The notes beneath the pieces were generated by a model, which made no database searches, had not been told where the DNA came from, and saw only the letters and a list, made by a program, of their open reading frames with translations. A stretch of DNA of 64,000 nucleotides from Xanthobacteraceae bacterium (GTDB lineage Bacteria > Pseudomonadota > Alphaproteobacteria > Rhizobiales > Xanthobacteraceae): assembly GCA_049584715.1 (NCBI GenBank), contig JBAUYI010000342.1:2262-66261 (forward strand), read 5' to 3'. Below, piece after piece: positions 1 through 7,281 of the stretch. Both the position numbers and the translations under genes were made by a program. Each line of letters begins with the position of its first letter. Position 1 is the first letter of the stretch.

Positions 1-70
1 CGTCCATAAATTCTTCGATGAGCTTTCCAGCCTGGCGATCCCAAACGGCTAATGGCAGAGGTTTGGCCAT
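1..70 (-). CDS. partial CDS (first 23 codons, runs off window); possibly phosphatidylserine decarboxylase-family
   Basis: ATG at 70..68 preceded by GGAAG. MAKPLPLAVWDRQAGKLIEEFMD resembles the N-terminus (IQEFMKDHP) of the Psd-like ORF at 15880. Confidence 0.3.
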   Translation of the reverse strand, partial: MAKPLPLAVWDRQAGKLIEEFMD

Positions 71-100
71 ATTCGGCTTCCAGCTGAATACTTTACACCT

Positions 101-301
101 CTAATCGAGGTCCTGGCCGTCTCCGGCCTTCCCCAATTCTTTGCGAACCGCGGCGGCAGAATTGCCAACTTTGTCGACGGCTCGTTGCAGTACTTCTCGG
201 GCAACGCCGAGGTGCTTGGTCCAGTATTTCACCTCCAATTCCTTGTCCATCGCGATGTGATTGCGAAGCGGCGGCGTTTTCGTTGTCAGAGCACCAGCCA
301 T
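101..301 (-). CDS. DUF3606 domain protein
   Basis: 66-aa ORF. Motif KYWTKHLGV..E.LQRAVDKVGNSAAAVRKELG is typical of DUF3606. Confidence 0.7.
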   Translation of the reverse strand: MAGALTTKTPPLRNHIAMDKELEVKYWTKHLGVAREVLQRAVDKVGNSAAAVRKELGKAGDGQDLD

Positions 302-352
302 TGGGACCCTCGGTATTGGGGCGTGAACGGAGGCAGTTGCTGTTAATCGCTG

Positions 353-481
353 CTAGGTGCGAAGCGAAAAATATGCCGTCATGATGACGACGAGCAAAAG
401 CATGGCACCCATCGCCCGAAGAAAAAATCCGAAAGACGGCTCAGGAATAACAGCTCTGCCGTTTTTGCTCGCGTTTGCCAT
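353..481 (-). CDS. possible 42-aa single-TM membrane peptide (not in ORF track)
   Basis: My translation: MANASKNGRAVIPEPSFGFFLRAMGAMLLLVVIMTAYFSLRT. It has a hydrophobic helix and lies directly upstream of DUF3606 on the same strand. Confidence 0.3.
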   Translation of the reverse strand: MANASKNGRAVIPEPSFGFFLRAMGAMLLLVVIMTAYFSLRT

Positions 482-584
482 GGATTCTGAACTGCAGGTG
501 GGCAGATTAGTTCCAAACCGGCCGCGCTGGAAAAGTCAAAACGCCGGGAATGCTCCCCATTGGGCGACAGAGCGACGGTCGCGG

Positions 585-749
585 CTATTTTGATTTTTTT
601 GCCGCCTCTTGCGCCACGTCTCGCAAGTCGGCTTCGTCGTTGTGCGAAGAACCCAACGGCTTATCAAAATTTGGCTCGGGCTGTTTCCCGCGGGTGTCTT
701 TGTCGGTGCCTTTAGCCTTGTCGGCAACACCCTGCACTTTATGGTCCAT
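585..749 (-). CDS. small hydrophilic protein (54 aa), hypothetical
   Basis: Internal ATG of ORF 585..932, preceded by AAGGAGG 5 nt upstream. Product is MDHKVQGVADKAKGTDKDTRGKQPE..., a highly charged hydrophilin-like peptide. Confidence 0.55.
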   Translation of the reverse strand: MDHKVQGVADKAKGTDKDTRGKQPEPNFDKPLGSSHNDEADLRDVAQEAAKKSK

Positions 750-765
750 CGTGACCTCCTTACTC

Positions 766-804
766 AAAAAAACGGCGCAAGCCCGCATTGGGCAGGCTTG
801 CGCC
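766..804 (-). terminator. Rho-independent terminator downstream of DUF892 copy 1
   Basis: Minus strand reads GGCGCAAGCC-loop-GGCTTGCGCC followed by GTTTTTTTGAG. Confidence 0.75.
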
Positions 805-832
805 GATAAATCTCCGCGCGATTCGGCTTGCT

Positions 833-1336
833 TCAGGCCGCTTTGCGGTTGACTTGACTTTCGGCCATCGCGGTCAGTTTCTTGTCGGTGGCCTTTTCCT
901 CGTCGAGCGTCTGTTGCAACAGTGCTACGCAATCATTGCGCCCGAGTTCCTTCGCCCACGAGATCAGCGTGCCGTAACGCGTCATCTCGTAATGCTCGAC
1001 CGCCTGCGCGGCGGCGATCAGCGCCGCGTCGAGCACCGACTTCTTCTCGACTTCGCCGGCGACGTCGTCGGCCTCTTCGAGGATGCCGTCGATCGCCGGG
1101 CAATCGACGCCCTGCGCCTTCTGGCCGATGAGCTTGAAAACCTGTTCCAGCCGCTTCACGTGATTTTCGGTTTCGCGCAGATGTGTCTGGAAACCTTGCT
1201 TGAGCTGCGGATCGGTGGATTTTTCGACCATGTCAGGCAAAGCCTTCACGATCTGGTTCTCGGCGTAATAGATGTCCTGCAGGGTGTGCACGAACAGGTC
1301 GTTCATAGTTTTGATGTCTTTGGAGAAGAAGCCCAT
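833..1336 (-). CDS. DUF892 / YciE-YciF ferritin-like stress protein (copy 1, 167 aa)
   Basis: C-terminal 167 codons of ORF 833..1747 starting MGFFSKDIK. It is a near-identical paralog of 23571..24074. The longer N-terminal extension is rejected. Confidence 0.85.
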   Translation of the reverse strand: MGFFSKDIKTMNDLFVHTLQDIYYAENQIVKALPDMVEKSTDPQLKQGFQTHLRETENHVKRLEQVFKLIGQKAQGVDCPAIDGILEEADDVAGEVEKKSVLDAALIAAAQAVEHYEMTRYGTLISWAKELGRNDCVALLQQTLDEEKATDKKLTAMAESQVNRKAA

Positions 1337-1405
1337 TGTTATTGTCCTTGTACTTCGCGGGGTTGATGGAACCGGCGAGGCCATGTGCGGCCCGCTCATT
1401 TTGCC

Positions 1406-1430
1406 AACGTGTGGCGACCCGGTCCGTTCC
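1406..1430 (-). promoter_or_regulatory. EcfG/ECF15-type general stress response promoter (GGAAC-N16-CGTT) for DUF892 copy 1
   Basis: Top strand is AACG-tgtggcgacccggtcc-GTTCC. It is conserved in the paralogous locus at 24154..24178. Confidence 0.7.
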
Positions 1431-1630
1431 GCTGCGACCCCGATTACCGCGATGCTGTAGGGAACCGCACGCCGGATGGTGAAAAAGCCGGCGTAGCTTG
1501 CCGCGCGACGCGCGATGATTGTGCGCTGCGATTTGGTTGCCGTGCGGGACCTGCTGTTCCCCTTTACGCCGCGGCGAATGGCGCCGCGCGCAATGGGCCT
1601 AAAGGATAACGGCAGTTTCGTCGGAGTGAC

Positions 1631-1676
1631 TGGTACAGCTGGGTGGACTCGAACCACCGGCCTCTTGATCCACAGT
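1631..1676 (-). repeat. attL-type direct repeat: displaced 3' part (anticodon loop to CCA) of tRNA-His
   Basis: 46/46 identical to 52377..52422 (tggtacagctgggtggactcgaaccaccggcctcttgatccacagt). Confidence 0.9.
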
Positions 1677-1792
1677 TTCAGGGCCTGCCTGTCCTCAGGG
1701 TTCCCTGGGATTCCGAAAGACGCTAATATAAGCCTTATTTCGGGCACTTCTGGTCAGGGAATATTCCGGCAGGTTCCGCGAGTTCCCCTGCC

Positions 1793-1811
1793 GTGGTCCC
1801 GCGGTGGTTCC
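1793..1811 (+). repeat. 19-bp sub-terminal repeat (candidate integrase arm-type site), left copy
   Basis: gtggtcccgcggtggttcc is identical to 52290..52308. The left arm also carries further GGTTCC-like iterations between 1697 and 1790. Confidence 0.55.
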
Positions 1812-1829
1812 TTGAAGGAGGTTTTGGGC

Positions 1830-3134
1830 ATGCGAGGAAAAGCAATCACAAAGCGCAGTGTGGATGCCCTTAGGCCGGCTGACCGCGAGTACTTCGTCTG
1901 GGATCGCGACCTCAAAGGTTTTGGCTTGCGGGTACAGCCGACGGGTGAAAAATCCTACATTGTAAAATACCGTGCAGGCGCCGGCCGGAATGCGCCGACA
2001 CGACGCGTCACGCTGGGACGGGTCGGCACGCTCAGCCCGGATGAAGCCCGCAAGCTGAGCAAGGTCACGCTTGGGTCTGTCGCCCATGGACTTGATCCAG
2101 CGGCCTTGAGGTCGGCGGAACGTCGCGCGGCAACGCTCAAGGAACTCGCGGACTTGTTCCTGTCCGAGCATGTCGAAGCCAAAAGCAAGCCGGCCACGGC
2201 GGTGCACTATCGGGATATTCTGGAACGGATCGTATTGCCCCAACTCGGCACCAGGCAGGCCGAGAAAGTCGCAACGCCGGACCTCGCCCGACTACACGTT
2301 GGCATGAAGCGGCGCCCTTATCTGGCAAACCGCATGTTGGCGGTGGTGGGCAGCCTCTATGCGTTCGCCGGCAAGCGCAAGCTGGTGTCGGCGGGCTTCA
2401 ATCCGGCTCGCGGTATCGACAAATATCCGGAGAAAGGCCGCGAGCGATTTCTGACCGGTGACGAACTTGGCAGGCTCGGCGACGCAATCCGGGAAGCCGA
2501 GACGATTGGACTGCCGTGGACCGTCGACGAGACCAAGCGAACGGCCAAGCACGCGCCAAAGGAGGCAAAACGCCGGACCGTCATCGATCCGTTCGCGGCG
2601 GCCGCGATCCGGCTCCTGATCCTGACCGGTGCCCGGCTGCGCGAAATCCTTAGGCTGGAATGGCCACATGTGGATTTTGAACGCGGCCTGCTTTTGCTGC
2701 CGGACAGTAAGACTGGCGCGAAATCGATTGTCCTGAATGCACCTGCGCTCGCAGTGCTTGCTGGATTGAAACGCGTCGGTACTCACGTCATCGCCGGCCA
2801 GAGCGCTGGCGCGGACGGCGAGAAGCCGCGTGCCGACCTGAACCGACCTTGGCGTTCGATCGCTAAACGGGCCAAGCTCCCTGGCTTGCGCATTCACGAC
2901 TTGCGGCACACCCACGCGAGTTTCGGTGCCGGCGCGGGTCTCGGGTTGCCGATTCTTGGCAGACTGTTGGGCCACGTACGCGCCAGCACCACGCAGCGCT
3001 ACGCACATCTCGATACCGACCCGCTACGCCGTGCATCGGATCATATCGGCGCTCGCCTCGCAGCGGCGTTGGGCGAGCCGAATCCCAAGCCCACGCAGTC
3101 GGCAGTCGTTGCAATCCGCGCCGCGAAATCGTGA
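1830..3134 (+). CDS. int: tyrosine-type site-specific integrase (P4-like, DUF4102 N-terminal arm-binding domain)
   Basis: ATG preceded by GAAGGAGG. N-terminus FVWDRDLKGFGLRVQPTGEKSYIVKYR. C-terminal catalytic residues are in RIHDLRHTHAS ... HVRASTTQRYAHL. Confidence 0.9.
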   Translation: MRGKAITKRSVDALRPADREYFVWDRDLKGFGLRVQPTGEKSYIVKYRAGAGRNAPTRRVTLGRVGTLSPDEARKLSKVTLGSVAHGLDPAALRSAERRAATLKELADLFLSEHVEAKSKPATAVHYRDILERIVLPQLGTRQAEKVATPDLARLHVGMKRRPYLANRMLAVVGSLYAFAGKRKLVSAGFNPARGIDKYPEKGRERFLTGDELGRLGDAIREAETIGLPWTVDETKRTAKHAPKEAKRRTVIDPFAAAAIRLLILTGARLREILRLEWPHVDFERGLLLLPDSKTGAKSIVLNAPALAVLAGLKRVGTHVIAGQSAGADGEKPRADLNRPWRSIAKRAKLPGLRIHDLRHTHASFGAGAGLGLPILGRLLGHVRASTTQRYAHLDTDPLRRASDHIGARLAAALGEPNPKPTQSAVVAIRAAKS

Positions 3135-3161
3135 GATTATGGGCTCCAAGAGCACAAAGCG

Positions 3162-3818
3162 GTGATGAAAACCCGCACCAAGGTCACTGCTGCCGAGGGC
3201 GCAGACTACGAGCTCTTGCTACAAAGGCTTGAAAGAATAGTCGACTCGGCAGCAACGAAATCATTCGGCCCTCTGAATCGAAAAGTTCTCGAGTTATTCG
3301 TCAGCGAAGCAATAATGGTCTACGAGGGCACTAAATTTTTGAATGAGTCTGCTTCGCATTCTACCCTTCATGAGCTTACAGAGCCACTTGCTCGCGTGAT
3401 TAAAATATTAGAGCACGAAGCCAACTACGACAGCGTTTTCGTTGCGTTGGGTGCGCCTGCTATGCTGGCTCTGAGCCCCGATCAAGAGGCTGTTAAAGGG
3501 GCAATAATGCGATACGAATATCTTTTGAACGACCTACATAGCATTGCCCGCGCGGTGCCGCGGCGTCCAGCTAAGCGCCGCAGAGGAAAGCCACCAAAAG
3601 CGAACGATTTATATGCCTTGGTGGATACGCTGGCGACTTACTGGCAGCGTGCGACCGGTAAGCCATTCACGCAATATTGGCATAATGGCAGCCCGGCCGC
3701 CGCCGCTGCGCAGTTTGTCCATGCCATAGTCGGTTTTATCGACCCCGAACGTGTGCGCTCATTGCGGAAGGTGACTGAACGCATCATCGCTGATCGTCGC
3801 TCGACTTCTCATAAATAG
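3162..3818 (+). CDS. hypothetical protein (island accessory, lower-GC)
   Basis: 218-aa ORF with no recognisable motif. It has a basic patch RRPAKRRRGKPPK. Confidence 0.5.
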   Translation: MMKTRTKVTAAEGADYELLLQRLERIVDSAATKSFGPLNRKVLELFVSEAIMVYEGTKFLNESASHSTLHELTEPLARVIKILEHEANYDSVFVALGAPAMLALSPDQEAVKGAIMRYEYLLNDLHSIARAVPRRPAKRRRGKPPKANDLYALVDTLATYWQRATGKPFTQYWHNGSPAAAAAQFVHAIVGFIDPERVRSLRKVTERIIADRRSTSHK

Positions 3819-3928
3819 ATCGTCTCTCGCGAATTACGGGAACTGGATTTTATAGCGGTCGCATCCGAACGAGCCTATTTAGTCCGCTTCATTCCCGGCA
3901 GAACCAGGAATTAGCGGACGGTGACATC

Positions 3929-4186
3929 ATGGCGATTGAGACTGAATATCAGGCGCCGCGGCAATTCGCCCGGACCACCAGCATTCCAACGTCAACGCTG
4001 GCTAAAATGCGAATGCGCGGAGGCGGGCCACCATTCGTCAAGATCGGCCGCAGCGTTCGCTACCCGGTGCGGGCTGGGCTCGAGTGGATGGCCTTACACG
4101 GTCGCGCGAACACCTCGGATGCAGCTGTCGAAAGCCGCTCCGGGAAAAGGCGGCGCACCGCGACGGCGGTAAATGCGGCGGGATGA
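3929..4186 (+). CDS. AlpA/excisionase-family helix-turn-helix DNA-binding protein
   Basis: IPTSTLAKMRMRGGGPPFVKIGRSVRYPVRAGLEWM matches the AlpA/HTH_17 pattern. It lies next to the integrase. Confidence 0.75.
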   Translation: MAIETEYQAPRQFARTTSIPTSTLAKMRMRGGGPPFVKIGRSVRYPVRAGLEWMALHGRANTSDAAVESRSGKRRRTATAVNAAG

Positions 4187-4189
4187 AAG

Positions 4190-4648
4190 TTGGCCCGAAA
4201 AGCGGCGCGCCCCCGACACTGCATCAACAGTGTGGAGGCGCGAGGCGTTGACGAGATTGCGGATCACGTCGACACCATCGCTAACTCTACATCGCAACTG
4301 CTGCAAGCGGCACCTCTTCGCGCCGAGTTGACCGGCGACACATGTTCCGCGGCGGGGCTTAGAGTGTCCGGCTACGCGCCGGTCTTGGCATTGGCTCGCA
4401 TGCTCATCGATGCGGGGCACAATCCAGCAACGCCGCTCAAGGTCTTTCGTGGCGACATGTTGTGCCTCACCGTGCGCGCGATCGGCGAGGCCGCCCGACT
4501 CGCTGTTGAAGATGACCGGCATGGCAGGCCACGGTTCCGACGTTGGCGTGGCAGAAGGTATGGCGCAGGCTCGCCCATCGCGCAGAAAGGGCGGGGTGAG
4601 GGGACGGCTAGCCAAACGCTCCCGAGCAAAGCGCCATCACCTGACTAG
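4190..4648 (+). CDS. hypothetical protein
   Basis: 152-aa ORF with a TTG start, tightly packed between the AlpA-like gene and the next ORF. Confidence 0.4.
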   Translation: MARKAARPRHCINSVEARGVDEIADHVDTIANSTSQLLQAAPLRAELTGDTCSAAGLRVSGYAPVLALARMLIDAGHNPATPLKVFRGDMLCLTVRAIGEAARLAVEDDRHGRPRFRRWRGRRYGAGSPIAQKGRGEGTASQTLPSKAPSPD

Positions 4649-4656
4649 GCTGACCC

Positions 4657-5217
4657 GTGGGCCGAGACAAGCACGAACGAGAACGGCACAAAGAGCGATT
4701 GCCCCCATTTGTGCCGGTCCTCATATCCACGCTCGATCAACGGGCTTGGCGTGCCATGTCGCTGGGCGCGCGGTCGCTCTACATCGCACTCAAGCGAAGG
4801 TGCAGTTATAAGAATCCCAATAACGGGCGGCTGTTCCTCCCACAGCGAAAAGCCGCGAAGGAACTCGGTTCGCACCATAACCAGATAGCGCGTTGGTTCC
4901 GCGAGTTGCAGCACTTTGGCTTTATCGAGATGACGACGCCCGGTTTCTTGGGCATCGAGGGCAAAGGACAATCACCGCGCTGGCGGCTTACCGAAATTGG
5001 CTACATGCGAGATCCACCAACACAGGATTACGCCCGTTGGGACGGAACGCCGTTCGTCGACAAAACAAAATCCCGTGCGAGAAAACCTGCACGGAGTGTG
5101 CCGGAAAATAGGCACGCCACCGTGCCGGAATGCCATCCACCGCATGATGTAACCGTGCAGGAAAAGCCGCACAAAGGAAACGGGATGCACCGTGCTACAA
5201 AGCCCGCACAAATCTAG
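4657..5217 (+). CDS. hypothetical protein, probable winged-helix/HTH protein of the mobile module
   Basis: 186-aa ORF. The segment KAAKELGSHHNQIARWFRELQHFGFI looks like an HTH. Confidence 0.45.
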   Translation: MGRDKHERERHKERLPPFVPVLISTLDQRAWRAMSLGARSLYIALKRRCSYKNPNNGRLFLPQRKAAKELGSHHNQIARWFRELQHFGFIEMTTPGFLGIEGKGQSPRWRLTEIGYMRDPPTQDYARWDGTPFVDKTKSRARKPARSVPENRHATVPECHPPHDVTVQEKPHKGNGMHRATKPAQI

Positions 5218-5615
5218 ATTGCCACTCCTGCTCTACAAAGCGGACGCCCGTTAGGCGGAGCGCGTGCGTAGCGCAGCCTAAAGCGGAGCGTAGCGCGCGC
5301 GGTCCGGTTCTACGCACGACGGCGCGGCTGGAACGGCGAGATCCACGCCTGTGCGCATGATCGCAAATATCGACCGATCACGTCGACTTTGCCCGCGCCA
5401 AAGCATATTATCGCCCTCGGGACAGCTCCAAAGTTGTCCCGGGGCGTGAGAACCCCAATCAAGGCGGCACTCAGTGCGGCCGCAAACGCACTCCTCGACC
5501 CTGTGGTCGGGGAGGCGTGCGCGTATGTCCGAGGATCGAAAGGTCTAAAGGCGCACGCGGCCTTCCCTTGGTTGGCTTCTCAACTCCCCGATCACCAGGG
5601 CGGGGAGACGAAGCC

Positions 5616-6404
5616 ATGCGCGTTCTGTCGGCGCTCGTGCTTTTTATAGTTATGATTTTGGTGGTGGCGGCGCTCAACGGCGGCAATTCCTCATCCTCCG
5701 TCGTCTCGGTGGAGAACCAGACGCTGCTCTCGGAGGATGGCGTCAACGATGCTGATTGGCAAAGGGTGAAAAATCGGAGCGGTGACGTGGCTGCGATCAT
5801 CGATCTGAAGACCGTGACCCGCGACCGCGACGGTAACGCCCACGCCCGGCTGTGCCTCATCAAGGACGGGGCGTGCCCCAAGGGATACCGGATGCGGTGG
5901 TACTTCGACTGCCGCGATCACTCTTACTCGTGGGTCGACACCGACGTTCTCCCGCAATTCCAGCACGAGATGAAGCGCGTCGAGCCGGGTTCCGTCGCGG
6001 ACCAACTCGCGGCCTTGGCCTGCGCGTCCGGCAATACTCAGCCGCCCACCGAAGCGGCAAAGAAAGCGCCCAAATGGCAGGCGGTCCCGTACCCCAACAT
6101 GTACGACAACACCCGCTTGGCGTTCGATGCCAACTCAGTCGTCGTCACCAACGACGAGAAGGGCAACGTCAACGGCGTCGATGTGACGGCCCGCGTCATC
6201 GCGGGCGATGTCTCGATCAACGGCAAATACATGGTTTTGAGCTTCGACTGCGCCAGCCACTATAGGATAAATCATTCGTATCCGCTCGCGCTGGATTCAC
6301 CCACGCAGGAAAGCTTCATCGGCAACATTGCCTGCGGTGCGGCCCGGTGCGAGATTCTGCGGCGTCAGGAAGGAAGGCCCGTCTGTAACGCCGCAGCAAA
6401 CTAG
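5616..6404 (+). CDS. membrane-anchored/secreted hypothetical protein
   Basis: Internal ATG after GGGGAG. N-terminal hydrophobic helix MRVLSALVLFIVMILVVAAL. Several paired Cys residues. Confidence 0.5.
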   Translation: MRVLSALVLFIVMILVVAALNGGNSSSSVVSVENQTLLSEDGVNDADWQRVKNRSGDVAAIIDLKTVTRDRDGNAHARLCLIKDGACPKGYRMRWYFDCRDHSYSWVDTDVLPQFQHEMKRVEPGSVADQLAALACASGNTQPPTEAAKKAPKWQAVPYPNMYDNTRLAFDANSVVVTNDEKGNVNGVDVTARVIAGDVSINGKYMVLSFDCASHYRINHSYPLALDSPTQESFIGNIACGAARCEILRRQEGRPVCNAAAN

Positions 6405-6622
6405 TTTTTGATGGCGTGTTTCTGATCAAAAATCCCTGTCGATCGCGAGTTCGTGCGTCTCTCGGATCAGGCAGAGATGGTATGGCGAAGGATTTTATGA
6501 AGATGGCCAATCGGGACGCTCGTCTTACTGCGGGCATTAACCAGCAGCTTGTTTTGATGAGCAGCTTTGCTATTTTGCGGGAATTTGCCAAATGATTTCG
6601 ACAATTCTGGCCGGAGTAGCAA

Positions 6623-7186
6623 ATGCGCAGACGCTATAGCGGTACCCCAACCTGCGAGGCTCATCATTGGATCGACGTTCGTCGTTGGCAGCGGGAGGGC
6701 CGGCTAAGACCCGGTCAGTCGTTTCCATATTCATGGACCCGCGAGGACGAGCCTTGCGGCGGCATCGGGGTGCGGATTGAACCAACCGCGGTCCTGCTGA
6801 GCTTTCGCGCCCGCATCGGCTACGATGACGAATGGCGGTCGGTGGAGCAGCGCGTCCCGGTCACGTGGACGCCATGCCGTTTCGGTGGCGGCCGACCGTG
6901 GTTTCTTTGCACTGCGACTTCAAATGGCACGTACTGCGGAAGACGTGCAGCTATTTTGTATCTCGGGAGTAGCGCGGTCTTCGCTTGTAGGCACTGCTAC
7001 GGGCTCGTTTACGCGAGCCAACTGGAGGCGCCGCCCTATCGAGGTCTCGGGCGGGCACGAAAAATCCGCATGAGGTTAGGCGGCGGTGCCGATCTATTTG
7101 GACCGTTCCCACCCCGACCGAGAGGGATGCATCAAAGCACATACGATCGCTTGCGTCAGATTCACGATCGCGCCGTTAACGGATAG
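6623..7186 (+). CDS. hypothetical Cys-rich protein (possible zinc ribbon)
   Basis: 187-aa ORF with CRFGGGRPWFLC...YCGRR...CRHCYGL. Confidence 0.5.
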   Translation: MRRRYSGTPTCEAHHWIDVRRWQREGRLRPGQSFPYSWTREDEPCGGIGVRIEPTAVLLSFRARIGYDDEWRSVEQRVPVTWTPCRFGGGRPWFLCTATSNGTYCGRRAAILYLGSSAVFACRHCYGLVYASQLEAPPYRGLGRARKIRMRLGGGADLFGPFPPRPRGMHQSTYDRLRQIHDRAVNG

Positions 7187-7281
7187 CTCTGGTATTAGGC
7201 GAATGACTGCAGAGAAAATTATAGGTGGAACACGCAGACGCTCCCGTTAGGAAATCCCTGGCTCGCGGATAGATTAGTCTT

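Larger units (their letters stand above)
833..1452 (-). repeat. segmental duplication partner A (DUF892 gene plus ~115 bp of promoter region)
   Basis: Aligns by eye with 23571..24200. There are 5 aa differences in 167 but many synonymous nucleotide differences. The upstream motif block is conserved. Confidence 0.8.

Noticed and set aside
490-514. GGAAC-N16-AGTT on the minus strand just upstream of the possible 42-aa ORF
   Set aside because: The -10 deviates (AGTT) and ends only 8 nt from the ATG, which would require a leaderless mRNA. The downstream ORF is itself uncertain.
833-1747. 304-aa version of the DUF892 ORF extending across the promoter and the att repeat
   Set aside because: The paralog at 23571 is exactly 167 aa. 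The extension would read through the conserved GGAAC-N16-CGTT promoter and the tRNA fragment, and it has no protein-like features.
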